Positions 14,401 to 23,784 of a stretch of 55,859 nucleotides of DNA are shown piece after piece (the first letter of the stretch is position 1; each line of letters begins with the position of its first letter). Under the pieces are notes generated by a model. The model was not told the origin of the DNA. It did not search any database and saw nothing but the letters and a program-made list of their open reading frames with translations. The stretch comes from a virus. The stretch lies in the IMG/VR virus record IMGVR_UViG_3300045988_036833, positions 1 to 55,859 of that record. One strand, 5' to 3'. The translations under genes and the position numbers were made by a program.

Positions 14401-17400
14401 TTAAGTACCTACCGGGATAATTGTTTTGCCGTTGCGCTGATTGGTTCTATTCACCGCCTGATAGAAGCTGGAAACGTTGACCTCTGCGCTCCCTTCCTTT
14501 TCAAGCAGAGCCTGCAACAGCTCGTTCTGACGGCGCAGAAGCTGGTTCTGACGTTCCATTGCAGCTTCAACACCTTCGCGGATGCCCTCAACGATTTGGT
14601 CATTGTTTGCAACTGCTGTGTGACCACCGAGAGAGCCGACCATTTCTGCACCGGCTTCTCGGGCAACGAACAGCTGACCGGCATCGGGGAAGCCGCCGCT
14701 TGCAAAGCCGAAAATCTTTTTGCCAAGATTTACAAGCGCTCCGATTGGTGACAAATCCCAAAGGGTGTGCTTTATGGATTCAAGAACTTTCGTGCCAGCG
14801 GACTTGTCAGAATCCTTCCAAGTCCCTATCATGTCCTTCCACCATTGGATGCCACCAGAAAGACCAAGCCCCACACCAGCGCCAATACCGAGAGTACCCG
14901 TTCCGACAGGAAGCTTTGTAGCTCCAAGTGCGCCAACGCCCGGCAAAGAGTTCGCCTTATTTCCAGAAGAACCAGAACCGGAAAATTTGTTTTTTATCCA
15001 AGAGATAACGCCATCTGCCTGCGTTTTGATAAAGTCAAATCCATCAGAAACGATTTTTCCGATGCCGCCGTCTTTGCTGAACAGCGTAGAGAAGAAGGAT
15101 TTCAGACTTCCGTATGCGTCTTTCAGCAGCGGAACTTGGTCAATGACTTCGCCGACCTTTGTTTTCAGATTGTTGAAGGTGGTAATGACGTTCTTCACGC
15201 TGTCAATGGTATCAGAAACGTTCTTGATAGCAGTAGAAACCTTGTTAAAAACAAGGTACACGCCCTCAAACACCTTTTGGATAGCAAGACCAGCAGCGCT
15301 AAAGAAGCCGTTGTACTGGTACTCGTTTTCAATCTCTGCAACGCTCTTTTTCACAAAAGACCGGATGTCAGAGACCGCGCTCACAAAACCATCATGCGTG
15401 TTCAAAATGGACTTCGATGCAGCGGTAAGGGCGTCAACAGAAGATTTGAAGCCATTGGAGATATCCTTGCCCGCCTTAGTAACAGCGTTGATGCCCTCTG
15501 TGAAGTCGCCCAAGTCGGTTTTCATCTTCTTGAACCAGCCACCAAAACTATCATTGGTGGTGCGCATCGTGCGTTTTAGCGCGTTTGCGGTTTCCATCAT
15601 GGACTTGCCGCTTGCGTCAACGGAAAGGCTGATAGAGCCATTACCTAATCCGTAGTTGTCGTCTGCCAGCTGAGAGCCGATGGTCTTTACCGCGTCAGAC
15701 ACGGACTGGATGGCGTTCACTGCAAGGTCTTTGGCAGCGGAGATGCCGTTGGCAAGACCTTCTACAATGTAACCACCGTAGCCCTTAAAGACTTTGGAAG
15801 GAGAGTGGATTTCAAGTTCAGTCTGTGCTTTTTCTTTGATTCCGTCCGTTACAGCCTTGACGGCATCATCTGCAACGTTCTTTTTGCCAACGATGCCTTT
15901 TATGATGCCATCTATGATGTTTTTGCCAACGCTAACAGGATTGAACTTCGAGATTTTATCGATTAGCTTTCCAAACCACGTTACAGCGTCCTTGATTCCG
16001 TTTATAACGTCAGCAATCAGAAGAATAAACTTTTCTGCAAAATTTCCGTTCGCTGCAATTGCCAACCGGTCAGCTTCATCAACGCCGCTTGTGATCCAAC
16101 CAACAAAAACGCCTATATTGTGGATTGTTTGGGCAATGCCCATCACAAAGTTTTCAATGAAGTTGCCGTTCATCTGCAAATCCAGACGGTCTGTCTCGGA
16201 AACTCCGTTTTTAATCCAACCAACAAAGATTGCAATATCGTTAATGATGTTCCCAATCGCGGTAACGGCAGCAGCCGCAAAGTTTGCAACGCTTTCGCCA
16301 ATAGACTTGAAGGAATTGAACCAGTCGGTTTCCATTCCAAAGGCAGTTTTTTGATTTTCACTTCCAAGCCCGCGAACGGCTACGGAAATAGCTTCAAAGC
16401 CAATAACCGCAAGACCCGCAACAGGATGACCGGATACGATAAGTCCGATACCAGCAAGCGTTGTAACTAAATCCCAAACGTCAAGGTCGAGTTTCTTCAC
16501 AACTTTTGAAATGGAATCAAACGCGGAAGTGATTCCTTCCTGCCAGCTTTCAGGGAGCAAATTCAGAATAGATTGTCCAAGATTGGAAAGAGATTCTTTC
16601 AGGTATTCAATGGATTCTCCAAGCTTTCCATCGGTAAGAGATATATTCCAACCCTGTTTGAACCCTTCCGCTGCAAGGTAGACAAGCGACCTTACACGCT
16701 CAAGACCTTTTCGGAATTTCTCACTATTCTGATAAAGGCTTACAAATCTTGCAACGATAATGCCAACAGCAACCGCAGCTGCCATTATCGGGTTTTTCCA
16801 AAGCTTCAAGACTGCTTCAATCAAAGAACCTTCACCTTTGATTTTCTCAAGAGCAGTAAGGACGGCATTGCTAATTGCCCATGTTGCAAAACCGGCTGCA
16901 ATTCCAGAGACAAGCGGAAGCAGCTTTTCAAGTTTTGCCTTGATTTCATCAACGGAAGAACCAACGTAGTTCTTGAACATATCATAACCGGACAAGTCTA
17001 CATCGCCCAAGAGGTTGCCAGCTGCGCCAGAACCGGAGCCGGAACCACCGGAAGAGCCATTGTCCTTCTGGATAACGTTCAATTCATCAAAGCCCATGAT
17101 GTAGTTCTTAAATGCCTTTGCAGCCTTGCCGGTCGCTTTGGTGGTATTGTCCATCGCATCCGTGACACCACCAACAGCATCGCTTGCACTGCTAAAATCC
17201 GGGAACTCCACCTTCACGCCCATCATGGATGCAATGCCAGTGACTAGTTCTTTGACTAGCTCAACGGCTGCGATCAGCGGGGGAAGGATAGATTTCAGGG
17301 CAGGGTAGAGCAAAGAACCAACGGCGCGAGCCAGACTGTTCAGCTGTGCCTGCAAAATGCGAATCATATTGGCAGGGCTGGACAGAGTGCGGGCAAAGTC

Positions 17401-18612
17401 TCCCTGTGCATCGGTGGTCTGCTTCATGATGGCAATGTACCGCAGAACAGCCTTATCAGCCTGAGACAGGGTAGAAACGCTCTGCGAATAGCCAAGATTG
17501 AGCAGTTCCTGCTGCAACCGCGCGTTAGAAATATCGACACCCAGACGGCGAATCGGTTCAAGTTCGCCGGAGATAGCTGCCTGAATCTTCGTAAAGGATT
17601 CCGCAACAGGAATATTCTTCAAAGAAGCGAGGTCGTAGCCAAGCTGCGTCAGGTTTTTCGATAGCACATACGCCTTATCGCTTGCCATACCAAACGAGGT
17701 GGTCAGACCTTGAATCGTTGCCATGTTGTTCATGGCTTCGGTGGGGTCGATGCCAAGCAGGGTCTCCATCTTGTTGATGAACGTGCTTGCTTCGCCAGTC
17801 AGCCCTTTCATGGACACGCCAAACAGGTTTGCAGCTTCATAGTAGCTGTTGAACTTCTCCGCTGCGTTGCCAAGATAGGTTGCAATGGCTTTCAGCGAAA
17901 CCAGCTTTGCGGCAGACCGTATGAAACCGTTCAGCTGGCTGGAAAGGCTCATGTAGCTTTTTTTCTGCCGTTCGTTGGCAGCAGTCACACGGTTTGCCTG
18001 TGTCACGACCTTGCTCAACTGCGGCGGCAGCTTTGCAAAGGCGTTGCCCACCGTTTCAAGCTGGGATGCAAGGGGAGTAAGACCAGTAGATATCTTCTGG
18101 CAAGAACTTGCAAAAGAATCAAGGTCTGCCGCTTTTAGCTTGTCGGTCAGGTCGGGAACAGTACCAATCGCCTTGAACGCGCTGCCAAGCGATTTCAAGC
18201 CGGAAATGTCCAAAATGGACAGGGGTGCAAGAGCATTTGTCAACTGTGTGATGCTGCCGGACATGGAATAGAAGTCCACGCCGTTCAGAGCAGATACCGC
18301 GTTAGGAATCTTCTTGATAGCATTTACAACAGAGTTAACGCCCTTTACGCCAGCGGTCGTGTTGACAGAAGAAATGCCGCTCAGGAAGTTCGTGACCTTA
18401 TCCAAGCTGGATAATCCAGAAGATGCCTGTTTCAACGCCGCAATAGAGCCGGACAATTTATCAAGGCTTGTGCAGACCTTGCCAACACTGCCCTTTGTCC
18501 GCAAATTAGAAATGGCGGTAGCAAGCTTGTCAATGTTAAGCTCTGCACCCTGCGATTCCGCAGAGATTTCTACGGATAAGCTTGTAATATCAACATCAGC
18601 CATTGCTACCAC
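14401..18612 (-). CDS. Tail tape measure protein (1403 aa)
   Basis: Size, A/S/G/L-rich helical composition, central TM-like segments, and its position after the frameshifted chaperone pair. Confidence 0.93.
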   Translation of the reverse strand: MVAMADVDITSLSVEISAESQGAELNIDKLATAISNLRTKGSVGKVCTSLDKLSGSIAALKQASSGLSSLDKVTNFLSGISSVNTTAGVKGVNSVVNAIKKIPNAVSALNGVDFYSMSGSITQLTNALAPLSILDISGLKSLGSAFKAIGTVPDLTDKLKAADLDSFASSCQKISTGLTPLASQLETVGNAFAKLPPQLSKVVTQANRVTAANERQKKSYMSLSSQLNGFIRSAAKLVSLKAIATYLGNAAEKFNSYYEAANLFGVSMKGLTGEASTFINKMETLLGIDPTEAMNNMATIQGLTTSFGMASDKAYVLSKNLTQLGYDLASLKNIPVAESFTKIQAAISGELEPIRRLGVDISNARLQQELLNLGYSQSVSTLSQADKAVLRYIAIMKQTTDAQGDFARTLSSPANMIRILQAQLNSLARAVGSLLYPALKSILPPLIAAVELVKELVTGIASMMGVKVEFPDFSSASDAVGGVTDAMDNTTKATGKAAKAFKNYIMGFDELNVIQKDNGSSGGSGSGSGAAGNLLGDVDLSGYDMFKNYVGSSVDEIKAKLEKLLPLVSGIAAGFATWAISNAVLTALEKIKGEGSLIEAVLKLWKNPIMAAAVAVGIIVARFVSLYQNSEKFRKGLERVRSLVYLAAEGFKQGWNISLTDGKLGESIEYLKESLSNLGQSILNLLPESWQEGITSAFDSISKVVKKLDLDVWDLVTTLAGIGLIVSGHPVAGLAVIGFEAISVAVRGLGSENQKTAFGMETDWFNSFKSIGESVANFAAAAVTAIGNIINDIAIFVGWIKNGVSETDRLDLQMNGNFIENFVMGIAQTIHNIGVFVGWITSGVDEADRLAIAANGNFAEKFILLIADVINGIKDAVTWFGKLIDKISKFNPVSVGKNIIDGIIKGIVGKKNVADDAVKAVTDGIKEKAQTELEIHSPSKVFKGYGGYIVEGLANGISAAKDLAVNAIQSVSDAVKTIGSQLADDNYGLGNGSISLSVDASGKSMMETANALKRTMRTTNDSFGGWFKKMKTDLGDFTEGINAVTKAGKDISNGFKSSVDALTAASKSILNTHDGFVSAVSDIRSFVKKSVAEIENEYQYNGFFSAAGLAIQKVFEGVYLVFNKVSTAIKNVSDTIDSVKNVITTFNNLKTKVGEVIDQVPLLKDAYGSLKSFFSTLFSKDGGIGKIVSDGFDFIKTQADGVISWIKNKFSGSGSSGNKANSLPGVGALGATKLPVGTGTLGIGAGVGLGLSGGIQWWKDMIGTWKDSDKSAGTKVLESIKHTLWDLSPIGALVNLGKKIFGFASGGFPDAGQLFVAREAGAEMVGSLGGHTAVANNDQIVEGIREGVEAAMERQNQLLRRQNELLQALLEKEGSAEVNVSSFYQAVNRTNQRNGKTIIPVGT

Positions 18613-19035
18613 CGTCCTTCTGATTCATCATAGAGAACATCGCCCTCTTGATGCGTTCCTGCGCTTCCAGTGCGCGTTGGTATTCGTACTCGTCCTGCTC
18701 TTTCTGGGTAAGAGGAATCGGTCTATTCATATACTTGATGGGGCTAGACCCTTTCTTGCGGAACATATTGCCAACCGTAGAGGAAAGTGCAGATGCCGTG
18801 TAAAAGCCGTTTCTCCATGCTTCAACATTGGCTCTGCGGGCGCGTAGTTCTTCTGCGTCACGATAGACTTTTGCAAGCCAAACATCGTCACGCCAGAACT
18901 GGTCATAGGTCATGCCAATGGAAATGTAATAGGCTTCTACATCGTGGAACAGCTTAGATACAGAGAATGGCTCTGTGTCGCTGTCCGATTCTTGAGACTG
19001 TGCGGTTACACAATCTCCCACGTTGCGTTTTTTGC
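18596..19035 (-). CDS. Tail assembly chaperone, -1 frameshift extension (gpT-like part)
   Basis: The -1 frame is open from the slippery site at 19027-19033. The tracked ORF 18596..19021 begins at an internal GTG. Confidence 0.7.
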
Positions 19036-19353
19036 GGTCTTGTCCTCTTCATCGGTAGCAACCAGCGCCTTGACGGAATCAGCGTACATCTCCATCAGGG
19101 CAGCCATCAATCCTTCCTTGTCCTCGATGTGCGCAAGCATATCATCGACCATCTTGCGCTTGATGCTCTTGTTGCGGGCAATGAATGCACCGTAGAACAG
19201 AGCCTTAGTGTTTTTGACAGGGTTGATGCCGTTAGAGAACTCGTAAATCTGGAAGCCGTTGCGCTCCGTAGCTTCTGCGCTTTCTCGGGTAAAAGTCAGC
19301 TCATAAGTGTTCTTGCCATCGGGGGAATGAAAGTTGATAACCTTAGCAGCCAT
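19006..19353 (-). CDS. Tail assembly chaperone (gpG-like)
   Basis: 115 aa between the major tail gene and the tape measure. Carries the slippery site near its 3' end. Confidence 0.75.
   Translation of the reverse strand: MAAKVINFHSPDGKNTYELTFTRESAEATERNGFQIYEFSNGINPVKNTKALFYGAFIARNKSIKRKMVDDMLAHIEDKEGLMAALMEMYADSVKALVATDEEDKTAKNATWEIV
19027..19033 (-). promoter_or_regulatory. Programmed -1 ribosomal frameshift slippery heptamer A_AAA_AAC
   Basis: Zero-frame codons GCA AAA AAC lie 7 codons before the chaperone stop. The -1 frame continues CGC AAC GTG GGA... into 18596..19021. Confidence 0.75.
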
Positions 19354-19437
19354 AATAAATGCTCTCCTTTATAAATAGGAGCAGAACCAAATCCGTTGTT
19401 CAGTTCTGCTCGTTTTGATTGATTCGATTTGTGCGGA

Positions 19438-19875
19438 TTAGCCGCCATTAATGGTCAGGCTCTCACTGAACTTCGGGGTAGAGTGGAAGATGCAATTGAT
19501 GGTCATTTCCACGACCTCATCCACGCCAAAGCCGGACAGACCGACCTGATGCATACCCTGCCAAGTGAAGCCGGAGCCGTCCTGCATCTTCAGGGCGTAG
19601 TACTTGTCCACGTTGCTCTCAGAGGTATCGTCATAACCAGCAGCCTTGACGGCGGCGTAGTCGGTCTTGTTGTAGTTGGCGGTAAAGGCTTTGGTGTCAG
19701 CCTGAACGATGCCAAAAATCTGCTTCTGCATACCATCAGACAGGGTGGTTGCATCCAGAAGGTTCGGGTCGGAGATCAGGTCAGGCACATCCTTGATGTC
19801 GCACAGCTTCGTCAGAGCGGTTGCGCTGTCGCCACAATAAAGGGTGGTATTCAGACCGGAGATAGCAGTACTCAT
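19438..19875 (-). CDS. Major tail protein
   Basis: AAGGAGG RBS. 145 aa, beta-rich. Position upstream of the chaperones. Confidence 0.75.
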   Translation of the reverse strand: MSTAISGLNTTLYCGDSATALTKLCDIKDVPDLISDPNLLDATTLSDGMQKQIFGIVQADTKAFTANYNKTDYAAVKAAGYDDTSESNVDKYYALKMQDGSGFTWQGMHQVGLSGFGVDEVVEMTINCIFHSTPKFSESLTINGG

Positions 19876-19890
19876 AGAATGTTTACCTCC

Positions 19891-20292
19891 TTAATTTCGG
19901 TAAATCATTCCGTCCTCTCCGATTGTTGCCCCATAGCTGCAATCAATCCGATAGACGGAATTGTTGTACAGCCCATTCAACGGGGCAAACGATTTGCGAT
20001 AAAAATTGAGCGGTTCCAATACAGAATCCACGATGTCCACAATGGAGCGAGCTTCTGCAATGCGTCCGCTGGTTTTGTTGGAATAGACACGCACACGCAG
20101 GGAAACAGCAGCGTACTTGCTGTGACTGGCAGAATCCCGATGAACCGGGAGGTTGCTGTTTTCCTCTATCTGCACACACGGAAGCTTTTTGACGTTGCCG
20201 TCATTGATTTCACCGGTGACAAAGATACCGGGGACTTGCTTTCGCAGTTCCGTCGCAACAGCCGTGAAGATGGAATTGAAATAATCGATCAA
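19891..20292 (-). CDS. Tail completion / tail terminator-position protein
   Basis: Positional call within the connector block. Overlapping start and stop with its neighbour. Confidence 0.5.
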   Translation of the reverse strand: MIDYFNSIFTAVATELRKQVPGIFVTGEINDGNVKKLPCVQIEENSNLPVHRDSASHSKYAAVSLRVRVYSNKTSGRIAEARSIVDIVDSVLEPLNFYRKSFAPLNGLYNNSVYRIDCSYGATIGEDGMIYRN

Positions 20293-20816
20293 CTATTCCA
20301 AACCTCCCTCCACGTTGCTTCAACTTGAGAAGCCATTTCCTCAACAGCCCCCCACATAGCCATAGCTGCATCGTTGCCGCTGGTGTAGTTCAACTGACCT
20401 TTGCCATCGACCTGCTTAACAGGCGTGCCAGCATTGCCAGATTCGCCATAGTAATACCAACGCTTGTGCTGTCCGTTCCCTTTGCCGTATGTTCCGTGTT
20501 CGCCAACACCAGCAGGGAGTTCGCCGCCATAAGCGGAATGAGATACGCCAGTACCAAACTCAATGAACGCAACCGCTTTCCCGTGAGCTACAATTGCAAA
20601 GCCATTAGATGTCTGCACAGGGTCGCGCTCAACCGTCACATCGTTGTCACCGGCGTACTGCGCGTTAGCAAACCTAATCGTTGCAACGTCAATGCCTTTT
20701 TGAGCTAACGCCCGTGCAAACTCCTGCGCTTTTTGATTCAGGGTGGTCTTGTACTCCTGTATCTGACGTTCCGCATCACGAAGTCCGGCATCACTCAACC
20801 TCACTTTAATTTTCAC
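20289..20816 (-). CDS. Neck protein (HK97 gp10-like position)
   Basis: Positional call. 175 aa. Overlaps both neighbours. Confidence 0.5.
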   Translation of the reverse strand: MKIKVRLSDAGLRDAERQIQEYKTTLNQKAQEFARALAQKGIDVATIRFANAQYAGDNDVTVERDPVQTSNGFAIVAHGKAVAFIEFGTGVSHSAYGGELPAGVGEHGTYGKGNGQHKRWYYYGESGNAGTPVKQVDGKGQLNYTSGNDAAMAMWGAVEEMASQVEATWREVWNS

Positions 20817-21252
20817 TTGCAGCCACCTCTTTCAGCGCATACTTCGTGTCTGTAATATGCTCTGCGACCTTGACCACGATGTAGTTGTAAGGCGAATCTG
20901 GCTTTATCCCGAACCAGACATGGCTGCCCTCGCAAAGTGAATTATTGTTAAGCTTGCTGGAAGAGCCTAAAATGTCCCTTGACGCCAGCTTTGAATATCC
21001 AATAAGAAACCAATTTCTCCGTTTCTTTCTTGGCGTACTGACTATGTAGCTGTAATCCGTGAACGCTCCAAAAGGGTTTGCTTCCGCAGAACCAGTAGGC
21101 GGGCTAACGTTCAGCATCAGCTTTGCGGGGTCACTCCACGTTTGCGATGTCTCGCCGGTTTCGTTGCCCCACTCGTCCACGACAGGCGTTTTTTCGCCAA
21201 CCGGGTTTGAATACCACAGCGGGCGTTTGTCAAGCGGGCTTCCATTGAACAT
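20806..21252 (-). CDS. Head closure / head-tail adaptor-position protein
   Basis: Positional call. 148 aa. Confidence 0.5.
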   Translation of the reverse strand: MFNGSPLDKRPLWYSNPVGEKTPVVDEWGNETGETSQTWSDPAKLMLNVSPPTGSAEANPFGAFTDYSYIVSTPRKKRRNWFLIGYSKLASRDILGSSSKLNNNSLCEGSHVWFGIKPDSPYNYIVVKVAEHITDTKYALKEVAASEN

Positions 21253-21596
21253 CAGCCGATAACACCTACTCTCGGAACCACTTCATTCAGCAGGGACTGC
21301 GCCACATCGGACGATTCCCACACACGAGTGATACCGTTATTGGTATAGCTCGTCTGTCCGTTTGCGCCGATGTGGTTGTACAGTTCCGCTGCAATGCGTA
21401 TCTGCAACGACTGATACTGCAAGGGCAGCTCGTCCGGTCTGTTGCCGAAGGGGTAGCCCTGTGCAAATATCTTGTCTTTGGCGAAATCAAGCAGCAGGTC
21501 GAAGAGTGGGTAGTCCTCGTCCGTGATTTCACGGTCAAGTGCAGGGGCGATGTACTGCCCAAGCTTGACTGCCGCTTCAGAATACTGGTCTCCCAT
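21252..21596 (-). CDS. Head-tail connector protein (gp6/SPP1 gp15-like)
   Basis: 114 aa, directly after the major capsid gene. Acidic helical N-half is typical of this family. Confidence 0.6.
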   Translation of the reverse strand: MGDQYSEAAVKLGQYIAPALDREITDEDYPLFDLLLDFAKDKIFAQGYPFGNRPDELPLQYQSLQIRIAAELYNHIGANGQTSYTNNGITRVWESSDVAQSLLNEVVPRVGVIG

Positions 21597-21616
21597 GCTG
21601 CTTTCCTCCTTTCGCC

Positions 21617-22693
21617 TTAGTAAGCCTTGATGCAGTACACAGCGTCCATGCGCTCAAAGGACGGCAGGACGATTTCAGAAGCATAGATGTTAGTGTTGAC
21701 AGGATGCACGGTCAACTCGGTGGTAATGGCAACGCCGGTGTTCACAATGGACACGGATGCGCCGGACTGGCCGGACATCAGATCGGCTTCCTCAGGGGTA
21801 GTGCCATACCAAGTCGTACCGAGTTTGCCATCAGGAGCCAGAACAACATAACCGTCAGGAAGATATTTTGCGGTGTCACCACCGCCTTCAGGACGATACT
21901 TCTTGTTGTAGGTGAAAATCTCAAGGCCAGTTGCCTGACGAACAACTTCCTTTGCTTCATTCGCGGTGAGAACGGAAGTGGTTCGATTATTGATGGTAAG
22001 GAATCGGTTCTTTACTTCATCAGCAGCAATCATCTTCGCGAGCGTAGCCTTGTTCATAAAGACACGAGTGACTTCTTCACCAGTTGCATCATTGACAGCA
22101 TCGGCCGCAGCAATCAGGTCAGCAATAGGCGTAGCAGAAGCGGGAGTGTCCCACTTTGCGGAAGCTGTCAGTGCCTTGTAATTGCTCTTTTTCCACGTTC
22201 CATCAGGGTCGTAATTGTAAGTGTAGTTCACACCGTTTGCCTTGATGGTGATGCCGGGAGTGCCATTTGCAGGAGCCAGCAACTGCCAAATCATACGTTC
22301 AGGCACGATGCGTGCGCCGGTGACGAGATCGCTTACATCGTCATAAATGCGCTTCACAACGTCACGGGCATAGGGGTCGTTGCTGTCGAGAACACGCAAG
22401 ATTTCCTGACGGTCTTTCTCGCCCAGATGGTAGCCCTCACGGAAGAACGGCATCTCGGTCTCATCGAACTTGAAGCCCTCACGGGTGCGGAACGTAGCCT
22501 TTGCGTCAAATGCGCTGGGCATCAGAGACACGCCAACGCCCTTGTGGCCGCGAATCCACTTCAGGTCAAGACCAGCCTTTTTCTGAGCGGGGAACAGTGC
22601 GTCAGATGCAAAGGGCATCGCATTGGTGGGGTCATTCGTCCAATAGGCGGCAATCGCAGCCGGGGCAAAGACTTCCTTAAGATTCAGTGCCAT
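21617..22693 (-). CDS. Major capsid protein (lambda gpE-like family)
   Basis: 358 aa. AGGAGG RBS. N-terminal ALFPAQKKAGLDLKWIRG... and the gene order scaffold, decoration, capsid. Confidence 0.88.
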   Translation of the reverse strand: MALNLKEVFAPAAIAAYWTNDPTNAMPFASDALFPAQKKAGLDLKWIRGHKGVGVSLMPSAFDAKATFRTREGFKFDETEMPFFREGYHLGEKDRQEILRVLDSNDPYARDVVKRIYDDVSDLVTGARIVPERMIWQLLAPANGTPGITIKANGVNYTYNYDPDGTWKKSNYKALTASAKWDTPASATPIADLIAAADAVNDATGEEVTRVFMNKATLAKMIAADEVKNRFLTINNRTTSVLTANEAKEVVRQATGLEIFTYNKKYRPEGGGDTAKYLPDGYVVLAPDGKLGTTWYGTTPEEADLMSGQSGASVSIVNTGVAITTELTVHPVNTNIYASEIVLPSFERMDAVYCIKAY

Positions 22694-22709
22694 GTTGTTT
22701 TACCTCCTA

Positions 22710-23078
22710 TTAAGCGTTCACGCTGATGTTGTCACGGCAGAAGATGCCGGGAACGGCAGTCTTGAGTGCCTTGATTGCGTCAGCGTCAAAGGTAAAGCTG
22801 GAACTTGCCGCTGCCTTCTTGGTGTCGATAACGCCACGAATCAGCAGGGCGGCGTTGGGGTTCTCTGCCGGATCAACGTCATACAGCAGGATGCCGTCAG
22901 CGTTAATCGTCTTAGAACCAGTCTCGCCAGTAGCAACAGCTTTCTTGCCAGCCAGCGTCATGGGATAGCCAGCCTTAACCGCAGCAGTTTCGGTCACGGT
23001 AAAGGGAATGGCGGTGTAGTCATTGGAAGCAAGGATGGTATCGTTGATTCCGTTGACCGTGTTTCGGGTAAACTTCAT
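22710..23078 (-). CDS. Head decoration protein (gpD-like)
   Basis: ATG at 23078 after AAGGAGGAAAAC (the tracked ORF starts 27 nt earlier). 122 aa, upstream of the capsid gene. GILLYDVD...LIRGVI pattern. Confidence 0.55.
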   Translation of the reverse strand: MKFTRNTVNGINDTILASNDYTAIPFTVTETAAVKAGYPMTLAGKKAVATGETGSKTINADGILLYDVDPAENPNAALLIRGVIDTKKAAASSSFTFDADAIKALKTAVPGIFCRDNISVNA

Positions 23079-23091
23079 GTTTTCCTCCTTG

Positions 23092-23673
23092 TTAATGGAA
23101 AGCACTCATTGCGTCACTCGATGCCTTAGAAGTATTTGCGTTCTGCTGTGCAAGGCTCTTAGCAAACGCCACGCCTTCGCTGTCAGAACCGCCCTTGCCA
23201 TCCGCACCAGGAGGTGTGGGCATATCCTTCAGCAGGGAAGCCTTGTATGCGGTGTCATGGGCGGTCATAAACTCCGACTGGAACTTAAACACCTTGTCCA
23301 TGTCACCGTCAGCCAGTGCAGATGCAGCCTTGCCAGCCAGTTCAGCGTCATAACCCTGTGCAACGAACTTCTCACGGTAAGATGCAAGGGTCTTTTCCTT
23401 GACGAGGTTCTCTTTGTCGGCAGTCAGGGCTTCAATCTGCTTCTGCATCTCTGCCAGCTTATCAGCCTGTTCCTGTGCGGCGTTCTCGTCATCGGTACGC
23501 TTTGCTTTGAGCTGCTTCTTGTACTCGGCAGCTTCGCCGTTGGCTTTCGTCACGGCGTTGCGCAGCTTCTCGACCTCTGCGTTAGGGTCTGCAACCTTTT
23601 CCAGCGCAGAAATGATTTCATCGGCGGTCATGCCCTCTTTGTAGGCATCACCAAGCAACACATTGAGTTTCAT
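23092..23673 (-). CDS. Scaffolding protein
   Basis: ATG at 23673 after AGGAGGAAATTAACGAT. Long charged coiled-coil (KQLKAKRTDDENAAQEQADKLAEMQKQIEALTADKENL). Lies between portal and capsid. Confidence 0.75.
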   Translation of the reverse strand: MKLNVLLGDAYKEGMTADEIISALEKVADPNAEVEKLRNAVTKANGEAAEYKKQLKAKRTDDENAAQEQADKLAEMQKQIEALTADKENLVKEKTLASYREKFVAQGYDAELAGKAASALADGDMDKVFKFQSEFMTAHDTAYKASLLKDMPTPPGADGKGGSDSEGVAFAKSLAQQNANTSKASSDAMSAFH

Positions 23674-23784
23674 ATCGTTAATTTCCTCCTGCGTTTTTTT
23701 ACCGTTGCTTCCCTGCAACGCTGCGAAATTTGTATCCCGGCTTCCCTGCCGGAATATGCAAAGGGTTACTCACCCTCTGTTTCT

